Source: Pseudomonadota bacterium (GTDB taxonomy: Bacteria > Bdellovibrionota_B > Oligoflexia > Silvanigrellales > Silvanigrellaceae). Taken from it: DNA of 32,000 nucleotides. Location: NCBI GenBank assembly GCA_039799905.1, contig JBDLRP010000029.1, forward strand, positions 83,535 to 115,534, written 5' to 3'. This document shows, piece after piece, positions 1 through 9,100 of the stretch; position 1 is the first letter of the stretch, and the number at the start of each line of letters is the position of its first letter. The notes under the pieces were generated by a model, which had not been told where the DNA came from, ran no database searches, and saw only the letters and a program-made list of their open reading frames with translations. The position numbers and the translations under genes were made by a program.

Positions 1-477
1 ATCAACCTGAAAGGGCTGCGAACGATCCGACGAAAACCGACCGTCAGCGAACATGCGCAAGCTGGCGATTCCGAGCCCTTCGGAACGTCCGTGAACCTGA
101 CCTGTCCCGGCTTCTGTGAACGCCCATCGGCCACCGGCACCGGCGTCCAGAAGAACACTCACAACAACGAGATCAATGTGTCGGCGTGTCTTTTCAAGAG
201 AATCCAAATTGTTCCATGCAGCCTCAAGTTGACGATGCCTTTCGATTCCTCCCGCTTCAAAATGCCGCCAGCGACTGTGAAAAGGGATGTCGAGTGTCGG
301 ATAATCATGCCTGATTAATTCGAAGATGTAGTCCGCAACGGCCGGAAGACAATCCTCATGCACACTGAAATGGCGGAGTTTATCTTGCTCAGCAAGACTG
401 TATAAGCGCGCACACTGACTGCGGACTGTGGCAAGTTGCCGAAGACCTGACAATGAAAATTGTTGCCCGCCGCTCAT
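1..477 (-). CDS. DUF1688 / Urc4-like protein, N-terminal 159 codons (gene continues past the left window edge)
   Basis: Absent from the ORF track because it has no stop in the window. My own minus-strand translation from ATG (477..475) reads MSGGQQFSLSGLRQLATVRSQCARLYSLAEQDKLRHFSVHEDCLPAVADYIFELIRHDYPTLDIPFHSRWRHFEAGGIERHRQLEAAWNNLDSLEKTRRHIDLVVVSVLLDAGAGGRWAFTEAGTGQVHGRSEGLGIASLRMFADGRFSSD... and stays open to position 1. The blocks IPFHSRWRHF, VSVLLDAGAG and SEGLxIASLRMF match my recollection of the DUF1688 (yeast Urc4) family. The start overlaps the upstream stop as TGATG. Confidence 0.6.
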   Translation of the reverse strand, partial: MSGGQQFSLSGLRQLATVRSQCARLYSLAEQDKLRHFSVHEDCLPAVADYIFELIRHDYPTLDIPFHSRWRHFEAGGIERHRQLEAAWNNLDSLEKTRRHIDLVVVSVLLDAGAGGRWAFTEAGTGQVHGRSEGLGIASLRMFADGRFSSDRSQPFQVD

Positions 478-1727
478 CACAATTCCCGTCCCTTCTTCTT
501 TTTCAACTCGCTCTCGTCGGGAACATGATCGGTGAAGTAACCAGCGGCTTTTTTCGCATCCATTTCGACCTGCGCATCAGCTGGAATCAGATCGTCGGGA
601 ATCTCAAATCGATCGTGAACAACGATGCCTGAATTCACGATTGCATTGTATTTCATGTTGCTCATTGATACGAGTCGATCGATGCGTGTGACGCCAAGCC
701 AATGCAAAACATCGGGCATCAGCTCCTGAAAACGCATGTCCTGAACACCCGCGACACACTCCGTGCGCGCAAAATATTTATCCGCGCGATCGCCTCCCTC
801 TTGTCTCTTGCGCGCATTATAAACAAGGAACTTGGTGACTTCGCCGAGGGCCCGACCTTCTTTGCGACAGTACACAATGATGCCGAGTCCGCCCTCTTGC
901 GCGGCCTGCGCGCACACCTCGATGCCGTGTGTCAGATAAGGTCTGCAAGTGCAGATGTCAGAACCAAAAACGTCCGAACCGTTGCATTCATCATGAATAC
1001 GCACAGCAACCGGTTTTGACGGATCATCAATCGCCGACATGTCGCCGAAGATATAGATGCTGTATCCGCCGATCGGCGGCAAAAAGACAGAAAAGTCGGG
1101 CCGCGTGATCAACTCCGGATACATGCCGCCGGTTTGCTCGAACAGAGTTCTGCGCAGAGTCCCCTCATCGATTCCGCAGCGTTTGGCAACTCCGGGAAGG
1201 TACCAAACTGGTTCGATGGCGGCTTTGGTTACACTGCAGATCCCCTCTTCGGAGACAATCTCTCCGTCGGGTTTAAGTCGTCCCTTCACTACAGCTTCGG
1301 AGATTTCCGGCATGTGGATATGAGCCTTCGTGACAGCGATGGACGGACGAATGTCATAGCCTTTTTCAAGAAGGTCTTTATAGGTGTCAGCAACCAGCGC
1401 GCCCCAAGGATCCAGAGACACAATTTTGTCGGGATCAGACCAGCTTGGAAAAGGTCCAACCGATACTGCTGGAGCTGTGTTTGTCAGATCAGGCTTGTGC
1501 ATCGATTGCAAAGATCCCGTCGCAATCGCAAGCGCCCGATAAATGGCATATGAGCCTGAGTGAGTACCAATGGCATTTCGATGCGCCTGATTGGCAACCG
1601 TGGCAATGACCGGACCACGCGCAATCGGATCGCGATCGCCCCATTGAATACTTGGAGGCTTCGGGCCGAAATGATTCGGATGAGAAGTCAGAACAATATG
1701 CTGAGAACCCTGTCGTTGCTGAGTCAC
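477..1727 (-). CDS. GTP cyclohydrolase II family protein with long N-terminal extension (Urc1-like rather than RibA)
   Basis: 416-aa ORF. The C-terminal half carries the cyclohydrolase II core, including the Cys cluster HDECNGSDVFGSDICTCRPYL and IVYCRKEGRALGEVTKFLVYN. A roughly 190-aa N-terminal extension is typical of the Urc1 subfamily. AGAGGG lies 7 nt upstream of the ATG, and the gene starts 18 nt after the mmsA stop. Confidence 0.8.
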   Translation of the reverse strand: MTQQRQGSQHIVLTSHPNHFGPKPPSIQWGDRDPIARGPVIATVANQAHRNAIGTHSGSYAIYRALAIATGSLQSMHKPDLTNTAPAVSVGPFPSWSDPDKIVSLDPWGALVADTYKDLLEKGYDIRPSIAVTKAHIHMPEISEAVVKGRLKPDGEIVSEEGICSVTKAAIEPVWYLPGVAKRCGIDEGTLRRTLFEQTGGMYPELITRPDFSVFLPPIGGYSIYIFGDMSAIDDPSKPVAVRIHDECNGSDVFGSDICTCRPYLTHGIEVCAQAAQEGGLGIIVYCRKEGRALGEVTKFLVYNARKRQEGGDRADKYFARTECVAGVQDMRFQELMPDVLHWLGVTRIDRLVSMSNMKYNAIVNSGIVVHDRFEIPDDLIPADAQVEMDAKKAAGYFTDHVPDESELKKKKGREL

Positions 1728-1745
1728 TGCTGAACCCTCTGTATA

Positions 1746-3254
1746 TTAAGTCGTATGAAGTAAGAACTGACCGGCATTTGAATCAGATGATTTTAGTGCT
1801 GGCCAGGTTGTTGTGATCTTCTTGAGGTCCGACCAAAAATCCAATCCGCTCCGGCCGGTGATGTCACCATGTCCAAAACGAGATTGCTTGGTTCCACCGA
1901 AAGAGAAGGGTTCACGTGGAACAGGCACACCGATGTTGATACCAATCATCCCGGCGGTAGAACCCGACGCCACAAACTGTGCGACGTCGCCGCGTGTGGT
2001 GAAAACCGCCGCGGCATTTCCGTAGGGTGATGCGTTGGAGATTGACAGAGCCTCTTCGAGACTTGAGCAGCGGATCACTGTCAACACCGGACCAAAGATC
2101 TCCATCTGTGCGCATTCCATTGAAGGCTTTGCCTGATCGATGATGGTTGCGCCAAGCCAATTTCCTGCTTCGCTACCGGCAGCCGCCGATTTTTTTCCTC
2201 GGCCATCGAGAAGGAGACGCGCCCCCTGTTTCTCGGCATTGGCGACCGCGCCCTCAATACGGTTCAGCGACGCGCGATCGATGATGGCACCCATCTCCGA
2301 GCCCAGCACCTGACGCGACGCCAGATTGACTACTTTTTCAATCACGTGATCTACATCACCCACAGCGAGAAGCACGCTGGCCGCCATGCAGCGCTGTCCC
2401 GCACAACCGGTAAACGAAGACAAAATTCCACGCGCAGAGGATTCCGGCTCGCAGTCGGGCATCAATATTATGTGATTTTTAGCGCCACCCAATGCAAGGA
2501 CGCGCTTACCTGCGGCGGTTCCCATTTTGTAGACATGCGACGCCACCGCCGTTGAACCGACAAAACCGACCGCCTGTACATCCCGATGGGAGGCAAGCGC
2601 ATCCACGACTTCAGCGCCTCCGTTGACAATTGAAAACACCCCTGCAGGCAGTCCGGCCTTCATCAGAAGGTCGCCGAGAATCTGCGATGTCAGCGGTACC
2701 TTCTCCGAGGGTTTCAGAATGAAGGAATTCCCGACAATGAGCGCCAGAGGAATCATCCACAAGGGAACCATGGCCGGAAAATTGAACGGAGTGATGCCTG
2801 CGACGACCCCCAACGGTTCGCGCCGGAACTGACAATAAACTCCTTGGCTGACCTCAGCGGCGATCATCTGTTCACTGTTGGGCAGGCTCACGGCAAACTC
2901 GATAATCTCCATTCCCTTCTGCAGTCCGGCCTCGGCCTCGACTCTTGTTTTGCCGGACTCGAGTGCCACTGAATTTATCAGAACCGGCATGGAATCAATC
3001 ATAAGATTTCTGAATTTTGATAAGATTTCTGCGCGATTCCGCAGGGGCATCTGCCGCCACAGAGGCCATGCGGCATGCGCAGCGCGAACAGCATCATCAA
3101 CGTGCTTGGCTGTCGAAAGAGGGACTCTGCCGAGCAGTTTTCCGTTGTAGGGACTCAGGATATCGCGCAGCGGAAGATTGGCCGGATCCTGCCATACCCC
3201 GCCGATGAGATTTCCGCACTGAACGGGTTGCGCGGGAAAGTTGAGACTGGTCAT
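1746..3254 (-). CDS. mmsA: CoA-acylating methylmalonate/malonate-semialdehyde dehydrogenase
   Basis: 502-aa aldehyde dehydrogenase superfamily ORF. It has FNFPAMVPLWMIPLALIVGNSFILKPSEKVP and the catalytic-Cys block FTGCAGQRCMAASV. GQRCMA is the hallmark of the MMSDH subfamily. Confidence 0.85.
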   Translation of the reverse strand: MTSLNFPAQPVQCGNLIGGVWQDPANLPLRDILSPYNGKLLGRVPLSTAKHVDDAVRAAHAAWPLWRQMPLRNRAEILSKFRNLMIDSMPVLINSVALESGKTRVEAEAGLQKGMEIIEFAVSLPNSEQMIAAEVSQGVYCQFRREPLGVVAGITPFNFPAMVPLWMIPLALIVGNSFILKPSEKVPLTSQILGDLLMKAGLPAGVFSIVNGGAEVVDALASHRDVQAVGFVGSTAVASHVYKMGTAAGKRVLALGGAKNHIILMPDCEPESSARGILSSFTGCAGQRCMAASVLLAVGDVDHVIEKVVNLASRQVLGSEMGAIIDRASLNRIEGAVANAEKQGARLLLDGRGKKSAAAGSEAGNWLGATIIDQAKPSMECAQMEIFGPVLTVIRCSSLEEALSISNASPYGNAAAVFTTRGDVAQFVASGSTAGMIGINIGVPVPREPFSFGGTKQSRFGHGDITGRSGLDFWSDLKKITTTWPALKSSDSNAGQFLLHTT

Positions 3255-3422
3255 GAATATCTTGCCCTCTGGTAATCTGTACTATGACGGCTGTGAGCCA
3301 GACTCATGAGTGTAGCAAGCCCGAGGCCGGGGATCGAGTTCTGCACTTTTTCAGTTGGGGCAGTTGACTCATTTAAAATTTCGTGTCGCGCATCTTTACG
3401 GATTTTTTCCTCAAGGCACATC

Positions 3423-3451
3423 TTGTCAGTTTTAAACTTGCGCTGTAAGGT
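3423..3451 (+). promoter_or_regulatory. candidate sigma70-type promoter for hup
   Basis: TTGTCA (3423-3428), 17 nt spacer, TAAGGT (3446-3451), ending 33 nt upstream of the hup ATG. An AAGGAA SD sits at 3471-3476. This is pattern evidence only. Confidence 0.25.
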
Positions 3452-3484
3452 CACAGACAGGTATTCAAGAAAGGAACACCGCGC

Positions 3485-3829
3485 ATGAAAAAGCCTACTA
3501 CAGTTTCTACCAGCCAGTTGATCTCTGCCGTTGCAAGCAAGCACGACGAACTGCCAAAGAAAGTAACGAAGGAACTCATCGTTGAGTTTCTCGCTGAAAT
3601 CGAGTCAGAACTCGTCAGCCGCCAATCCAAGATCCGTCTCGACAAAGTCGGCATCATTCAGGTCAAAGAGCGCGCTGCTCGCAAAGGCCGCAACCCACAG
3701 ACAGGCGAAGAAATTCGCATTCCTGCTTCCAAGAAAGTTGCTTTCCGCGCTGCCAAGTCTCTGAAAGAGGCTGTCGGCATCAAGAAGAAGGCTACAGCTG
3801 CGAAGAAGGCCCCTGCACGCAAGAAGTAA
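3485..3829 (+). CDS. hup: HU/IHF-family nucleoid protein with Lys/Ala-rich C-terminal tail
   Basis: 114 aa. The HU fold signature is LISAVASKHDELPKKVTKELIVEFLAEIESEL...GIIQVKERAARKGRNPQTGEEIRIPASKKVAFRAAKSLKEAV, followed by the tail GIKKKATAAKKAPARKK. An SD and a downstream terminator are present. Confidence 0.85.
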   Translation: MKKPTTVSTSQLISAVASKHDELPKKVTKELIVEFLAEIESELVSRQSKIRLDKVGIIQVKERAARKGRNPQTGEEIRIPASKKVAFRAAKSLKEAVGIKKKATAAKKAPARKK

Positions 3830-3881
3830 TTTCTGCTGCAGCTGCATACGTCCCACTCAATTTGAGTGCGATACTGCCTTG

Positions 3882-3913
3882 AAAACCACCCCATGCGGGT
3901 GGTTTTTGTTTTC
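3882..3913 (+). terminator. rho-independent terminator of hup
   Basis: aaaaCCACCC-catgc-GGGTGGtttttgttttc. The GC stem is 3886-3891/3897-3902, followed by a T-run. Confidence 0.7.
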
Positions 3914-3943
3914 CCGACATAACAACGTTTGAAATTATATAAT
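3914..3943 (+). promoter_or_regulatory. candidate promoter for the trypsin-like protease gene
   Basis: CCGACA (3914-3919), 18 nt spacer, perfect TATAAT (3938-3943). This is pattern evidence only. Confidence 0.2.
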
Positions 3944-3971
3944 TCACGCGCGAACATCACGCATTCAACCT

Positions 3972-4799
3972 GTGCATGCGGATACCGATATGTTTGTCGT
4001 GCCTTTTATCGTGCCCCATTCAGAGCTGGCGCTGCCAAAGGCAGTGGCGATTGTCCGTCACATCTCAGGAACGCAGCAGTTCTTTTGCAGCGGTGTACCA
4101 CTCACCGAGAGAGTCATTCTCACGGCAGCTCACTGTGTTCACCGATCGCTGTCTACGACAAACGCAAGCGCGGCGGGAGACATCACACTGAGAAAACCGA
4201 ACGACCCCAGCAGTCAGTTCAAGGTGCTCCGCATTCTCATTCATCCCGACTACGACGCAAAGGGCCCGTCGGCAAAACAGGAAGATTTCGATCTTGCATT
4301 GGTTGAATCCGAAAGTTTACTCACAAAGGGTGCCATTGAATCGTCGGCCAGCAGAGACTTCGAACCACCGAATCATTTTCCAAACACCGAATTCTGGCTA
4401 GCGGGATTCAGTCCAGTCAGGCTTGGCTCGAATGACCCCAATCATCTCACAAAATCGCCCACGGCATGGGCTCCCTTAAAAATAAAGCATCTGATCGCGC
4501 AAGAAGGCAAATTTCTTGCGCGCGCTGTAGAAACCAACTCCGCAGCAGCGTGTGCCGGAGATTCGGGTGCACCGGTATGGCAGTTCAAACAAGAGCAAAG
4601 CGCCCTGATTGGAATCGTTGTGCAAGGCAACTGCCTGAAGGGCGACGCAAAGATCGTCAATCTGAAGAAATATGCTGCTTGGATTGACGAAGCTTCGGAA
4701 CGTCTCAATGCAATTCATCAAGTTGCATGGGCAACGTGGAAAAACGTCCTTTGGCGTCAAGCTGAAGCCGCCCGCATGGTACATCGGGATCGTGAGTGA
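3972..4799 (+). CDS. trypsin-like (S1 family) serine peptidase, no recognisable signal peptide
   Basis: The catalytic triad contexts are LTAAHCV (His), DFDLALV (Asp) and GDSGAPV (Ser). The domain ends near YAAWIDEAS. The start is ambiguous (GTG 3972 or ATG 3990) and neither has a clear SD. The 3' end overlaps the convergent MBL gene by 95 nt. Confidence 0.7.
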   Translation: MHADTDMFVVPFIVPHSELALPKAVAIVRHISGTQQFFCSGVPLTERVILTAAHCVHRSLSTTNASAAGDITLRKPNDPSSQFKVLRILIHPDYDAKGPSAKQEDFDLALVESESLLTKGAIESSASRDFEPPNHFPNTEFWLAGFSPVRLGSNDPNHLTKSPTAWAPLKIKHLIAQEGKFLARAVETNSAAACAGDSGAPVWQFKQEQSALIGIVVQGNCLKGDAKIVNLKKYAAWIDEASERLNAIHQVAWATWKNVLWRQAEAARMVHRDRE

Positions 4800-5556
4800 A
4801 AAACAACATTCCTCCACGCGGCGCCAAGGCTTCCAAAAGACCTTTTTTCTCGTCAATGACCAACTCGGGATACCGATCGTAGCCCATGCTGATGGGCACA
4901 TGGACCCACGGAGCTCCAGGGATGAGGTCTGAAGTAAAAACCAGCGGACCCAGAGATGTTTTGATCTCAGCCATCATCAATCCGGGGGTGTGACCATCAG
5001 AAAAATGAAAACTGACGAAGTCAGCGATTGCGGGATGAGCTTCGCGATCAATGAGGCAAAGTCGTCCGCTCTCAGTTAAAAGACGATTGAGGTCAGGTAC
5101 AAAGGACGCCCTGTCTCGCGAATGCGGAGCGTTTGATCGTTGCCAGTTTTTAGCCGAGGCATGAATTCGTGCACGCGGGAAAATCAGTTTGAGCGGACCG
5201 TCTTCGTAACGGCTCAATACACCGCCGGCGTGATCAAAGTGCAGGTGGGAGAGAACAACGTCGTCAATGTCATCGGGGCTAAAACCAAGGGTTTTCAGAC
5301 TTTGCACAAGCACATGCTCGCTCTCGACAACGCCGAACCTCTCGCGCATTTTCGGTTCAAAAAACGCACCAATTCCGGCTTCAAAGAGTACCTTTTGACC
5401 TTGATCGGTCACCACGAGCAAACTGCGGCAGGCAAGTGAAATGCGGTTCAACTCATCGGGCGGCGACCACTTTTCCCACATTGCGCGTGGAGCGTTGCCA
5501 TACATCGCACCACCATCGAGCTTCTGCGTATTTCCTTCAACCGAATAAAATTTCAT
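4705..5556 (-). CDS. MBL-fold metallo-hydrolase
   Basis: 283 aa with the HxHxDH motif (SHLHFDHAGG) and the downstream HTPGL / FTHD metal ligand contexts. ATGA overlap with the upstream gene at 5553-5556. Confidence 0.8.
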   Translation of the reverse strand: MKFYSVEGNTQKLDGGAMYGNAPRAMWEKWSPPDELNRISLACRSLLVVTDQGQKVLFEAGIGAFFEPKMRERFGVVESEHVLVQSLKTLGFSPDDIDDVVLSHLHFDHAGGVLSRYEDGPLKLIFPRARIHASAKNWQRSNAPHSRDRASFVPDLNRLLTESGRLCLIDREAHPAIADFVSFHFSDGHTPGLMMAEIKTSLGPLVFTSDLIPGAPWVHVPISMGYDRYPELVIDEKKGLLEALAPRGGMLFFTHDPDVPCGRLQLDAKGRFSTLPMQLDELH

Positions 5557-7040
5557 TCCTGTTCACTCCATCCGAGCCGGTAAACCGTTTCAGTATGCCA
5601 ATGCTCGTTCTTTTTAACCCATGGTTTAGTCTCTGCAAGACGGGATGTCGAGTGGGGAACTCCCATCCAGGCACTCATCACCGCGTTGAGAAAATCGAAT
5701 TGCTGCTTCAAGACTGAGCGGCGGATCTGCTCCTCCTCAGGAGGTTTCGACGATGAAGACAGAGAATTGACCAAAACGCCGGAGCCTGAATCCTGATAGA
5801 CAATTTCAGCACCCCACAACTCTGAACCGAGCGCCTTCTTTCCAAGAACCTCACGGACGCGACTCACAAAAACATCACCGGCTGAACTGTTGAAAAAATC
5901 TTCAAGCCACGACGCTCCGTCGATGCTGCTGGTGCTCAAAACACCCAGCGTCTGCTCAACTTTACGGGCAAGGACATTTTGATTTAATAAAACACCGGCT
6001 GAACTGACGTTGCCTGTGCTCACACCTTTTGCGAATCTGCGCAGCTGATGTCCATCGACATATCGTTGCGATTCCGACATGGCCAAGCCTCCGCCGCATT
6101 CGTCAGAGACTCCGGAGTGCAAGAGAGTCAACAGACAATCGCGATTGTTCGACCAAAGCAAATGCTGTCCGCGCAGAGTCCAAAAAACGCTCAACTGAAT
6201 CTGAAAGTTCTCGCTGAGAGCGAGAAGCGGACTCAAGGGATTTTCAACGGGATCGACGTCAGAACAGTAATCGTCAGAAAGATTTTCCAAGTCACATAAC
6301 CGGCCGAACAATTCGGCGAGCTCTCGCCCCCCCAAGTCGACAAACGCCTCCCGAACAAATGGCTCGCCGCTTTGAATTTCAGCTTGAGCGCGGGGAATTG
6401 CATCGAGCCAGCTCGGCAAATCGGCGCCGTCGCTGCGGACGATGAGACCCTCTATCAAAGAGTCAAAAATGTACGGCGAAAACTGCGACTGGGCGGCAGC
6501 AACCAACCATCCCGAGAACGGCTTCGCCCAAATCGGAAAATCGAAATAAGCGGAACCCGCAAGTGCAATAAAACCGGACTTCCAGACGTCGGTAAAAAAA
6601 TCAGCGAAAGCCAAGTCATATGGATCGCGTTCGAAATAGCCTTCGTTTTCATCCTGAGCACCGTCGAATCCTTCACCCTCCTCAGGCGGCACAGGAACAG
6701 GAGGCAATACGTGAGGTTCATCCTGAGCCGCCGCATCTGTCTCCTCAAGAATCAGCAGATACTCCTGAAGCCAATCATCGAAATGTGCGAACGCTCTCTG
6801 AGCGTGTGCAGGATTCAACCACAGCGACACAGATACCCTCTGCAGCTCCTTGGAGGAGCCCTTGTCGTCGACGGTCGGGAATTGAATCCAGAGACTCACG
6901 GGCGCTTCTTTTGAGAAGGCATTGACCGTGTAAAAATTTTTACCGCGGGATGTGGCAAACCAAAGAATCATACCGCCAAGGGCAAAAGCCACAGTGGCGA
7001 CAAAAATGCCGGTGAAAAGAATTTTCAAAACTCTTGTCAT
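5553..7040 (-). CDS. hypothetical N-terminally membrane-anchored protein with acidic Pro-rich linker
   Basis: Long ORF with one N-terminal TM (VLKILFTGIFVATVAFALGGMILWFA). I prefer ATG 7040 (GGGGAA 5-6 nt upstream) over the track's GTG 7052. No family recognised. Confidence 0.6.
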   Translation of the reverse strand: MTRVLKILFTGIFVATVAFALGGMILWFATSRGKNFYTVNAFSKEAPVSLWIQFPTVDDKGSSKELQRVSVSLWLNPAHAQRAFAHFDDWLQEYLLILEETDAAAQDEPHVLPPVPVPPEEGEGFDGAQDENEGYFERDPYDLAFADFFTDVWKSGFIALAGSAYFDFPIWAKPFSGWLVAAAQSQFSPYIFDSLIEGLIVRSDGADLPSWLDAIPRAQAEIQSGEPFVREAFVDLGGRELAELFGRLCDLENLSDDYCSDVDPVENPLSPLLALSENFQIQLSVFWTLRGQHLLWSNNRDCLLTLLHSGVSDECGGGLAMSESQRYVDGHQLRRFAKGVSTGNVSSAGVLLNQNVLARKVEQTLGVLSTSSIDGASWLEDFFNSSAGDVFVSRVREVLGKKALGSELWGAEIVYQDSGSGVLVNSLSSSSKPPEEEQIRRSVLKQQFDFLNAVMSAWMGVPHSTSRLAETKPWVKKNEHWHTETVYRLGWSEQE

Positions 7041-7061
7041 GAAATTCCCCACAACCGCGGT

Positions 7062-9083
7062 CTAACGGAACAATTCAAACAGCCGCTTCGCAGCTTCAAT
7101 GCGCTGTGCCTCCTCGGCATCGGGATCGGTTTGGCTCAGTACAAGCTGATCGGCCGCAACTTCCGAGAGAAAGCGCGACGGTTCAACTCCGTCACCGCGG
7201 ACACTCCGATTGCCTCTGGCGCGAAAGCCGCAGTGACTCAGAAATAAATATTTCTGTGCACGCGTCAGCGCGACGTAAAACAGTCTGCGCTCCTCCTCAA
7301 CTCCCGCAGGCGTCTCCATGCTGCGTTCGTGAGGAAGACGCTTTTCTTCAACACCAACAACAAACACACAGGGAAACTCGAGTCCCTTGGACGCGTGAAT
7401 CGTCATCATCTGCACCCGATCGCCCGCCTCCTTCCGCGAAGAAAAACTGCTGTCGTCTAGATGCAGAGCGTCTGTCACATCTCCGAGCGAAAATGAATCT
7501 ATGTCCAGTTTCTCAATCAGACTCAGCATTTTTTCGACAAGGTTAATACGCCAATTCGCAATCTGCATGCTCTTGGAGGTTGCCAGAACGTCCTGCTTGA
7601 GCCCGAGGCCCTCAAAACACCCGCGGAGCGATTGTGCCACATCCGCCTTGCTGCCGGCCGCACGGAATTTTTCGAAAACAGGAATGAACTGGTCCAAAAA
7701 CAGACTGACGGCCGGAAATTGTTCCCTAACCGAAAGCAAATAACTCATAAACGACAGCCTGCGGTCGGACGAATGCGCAACCTCATAACCATCACGCAGT
7801 GTCTCAAGGGTTTTCAGACCAATTCCGCGGGCCGGAATGTTGATCACCCGGAAAAGTGAATTGACATCAAAAGGGTTGTTGACGAACTTGAGATAGGAGA
7901 GCAGGTCACGGATTTCTTTTTTATCAAAAAATTCACTCCCACCGTGGACGAAATATGGTACTTTTCGCTCGATGAATACCTGCTCGATAATATCGGTCTG
8001 CGCATTGCTCCTGACGAGAATGGTGAACGACGACCACGGCAACCCGTCCTCGCGGCGCAGTTTTTGTATCTGATCGGCAACAAAAATAGCCTCATCACGC
8101 TCATTCTCCGCAGAATGCAGCCGCACGGGCACTCGCTCGTCCTTGCGGCTCCAGAGAGTTTTTCCAAGCCGGGTGAGATTTGTCGCAATCACTGAATTCG
8201 CGACCGCAAGAATCTGGCTGCTGCAACGGTAATTCTGCTCAAGCGTCACACGCCGAGTTTCCGGAAACACCTCAAGGAAATCGAACAGTACTTTCGGTTT
8301 TGCACCACGCCATGCGTAAATGCTCTGATCATCGTCTCCCACGGCACAGACGTTGCGGTGCGTTTCTCCGAGCAGCCGGACAAGTTCGAACTGCGCGTTG
8401 CTGGTGTCCTGAAATTCATCGACCAAAAAATGCCGATAGCGCTCTGTCAGCTGCTCCCTTATCGCGGGATGCTGCCTCATCATAAGCACAGTGCGATATA
8501 CAATGTCGTTGAAGTCCACCAGGTTGAACAGTCGCAGACGGCGCTCGTAGTCTTCAAAAAGTTTTTTGACCAACAGGCGATTGACCAGATGGGAAGCCTT
8601 TGACAAATCCTGCGGCAGCAGCAAATCGTCTTTGCACGTGCCGATGATTTCCGAAGCCTTCGCAAGAGAAAAGATTTCCTGCAGCTTGTGGGCCTGTAAA
8701 CTCTCCTTCAACAAATCGCGACTTGTTCCCTCATCAGCAATCGAAAAGCCCGAACGCAATCCGGCGTGCTCGGGAAATTCCCTCAGAATGCGCAGACAGA
8801 ACGAATGAAAAGTTGACAACACCGAACGTTTTTGAATTTGCTTGCCAACCATGTGAGCGAGTCGCTCGCCCATCTCACGCGCTGCCTTGTTGGTAAAACT
8901 GACAGCGACAATCTGTTCAGGTCGCACGCCGCTGGCAATCAAGTTGGCAATCCGTGACGTAATCACTTTGGTCTTGCCCGTTCCTGCACCTGCAAGGACA
9001 AGCAATGGCCCCTGTAGTGTTTCAACCGCACTGCGCTGTTCGGGATTCAGCGATTTGAGTACATCGCCCATTGCTTGAACCAT
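7062..9083 (-). CDS. UvrD/Rep/PcrA-family ATP-dependent DNA helicase
   Basis: 673 aa with Walker A AGAGTGKT, motif II LVDEFQDT, TIHASKGLEFPCVFVVG and FYVALTRAQ. Confidence 0.9.
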   Translation of the reverse strand: MVQAMGDVLKSLNPEQRSAVETLQGPLLVLAGAGTGKTKVITSRIANLIASGVRPEQIVAVSFTNKAAREMGERLAHMVGKQIQKRSVLSTFHSFCLRILREFPEHAGLRSGFSIADEGTSRDLLKESLQAHKLQEIFSLAKASEIIGTCKDDLLLPQDLSKASHLVNRLLVKKLFEDYERRLRLFNLVDFNDIVYRTVLMMRQHPAIREQLTERYRHFLVDEFQDTSNAQFELVRLLGETHRNVCAVGDDDQSIYAWRGAKPKVLFDFLEVFPETRRVTLEQNYRCSSQILAVANSVIATNLTRLGKTLWSRKDERVPVRLHSAENERDEAIFVADQIQKLRREDGLPWSSFTILVRSNAQTDIIEQVFIERKVPYFVHGGSEFFDKKEIRDLLSYLKFVNNPFDVNSLFRVINIPARGIGLKTLETLRDGYEVAHSSDRRLSFMSYLLSVREQFPAVSLFLDQFIPVFEKFRAAGSKADVAQSLRGCFEGLGLKQDVLATSKSMQIANWRINLVEKMLSLIEKLDIDSFSLGDVTDALHLDDSSFSSRKEAGDRVQMMTIHASKGLEFPCVFVVGVEEKRLPHERSMETPAGVEEERRLFYVALTRAQKYLFLSHCGFRARGNRSVRGDGVEPSRFLSEVAADQLVLSQTDPDAEEAQRIEAAKRLFELFR

Positions 9084-9100
9084 GTGTTCACCTGTGCCTG

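Noticed and set aside
91-318. 75-aa plus-strand ORF at the left edge
   Set aside because: It lies antisense to a much better minus-strand reading frame (DUF1688-like) that is open across 1..477.
4705-4799. Convergent gene overlaps (trypsin-like/MBL 95 nt; aroE/aminotransferase 59 nt at 26545..26603) as signs of misassembly or antisense regulation
   Set aside because: In both cases the conserved domains end before the overlap and only unconstrained C-terminal tails overlap. This is common in compact genomes, and nothing further supports a regulatory role.
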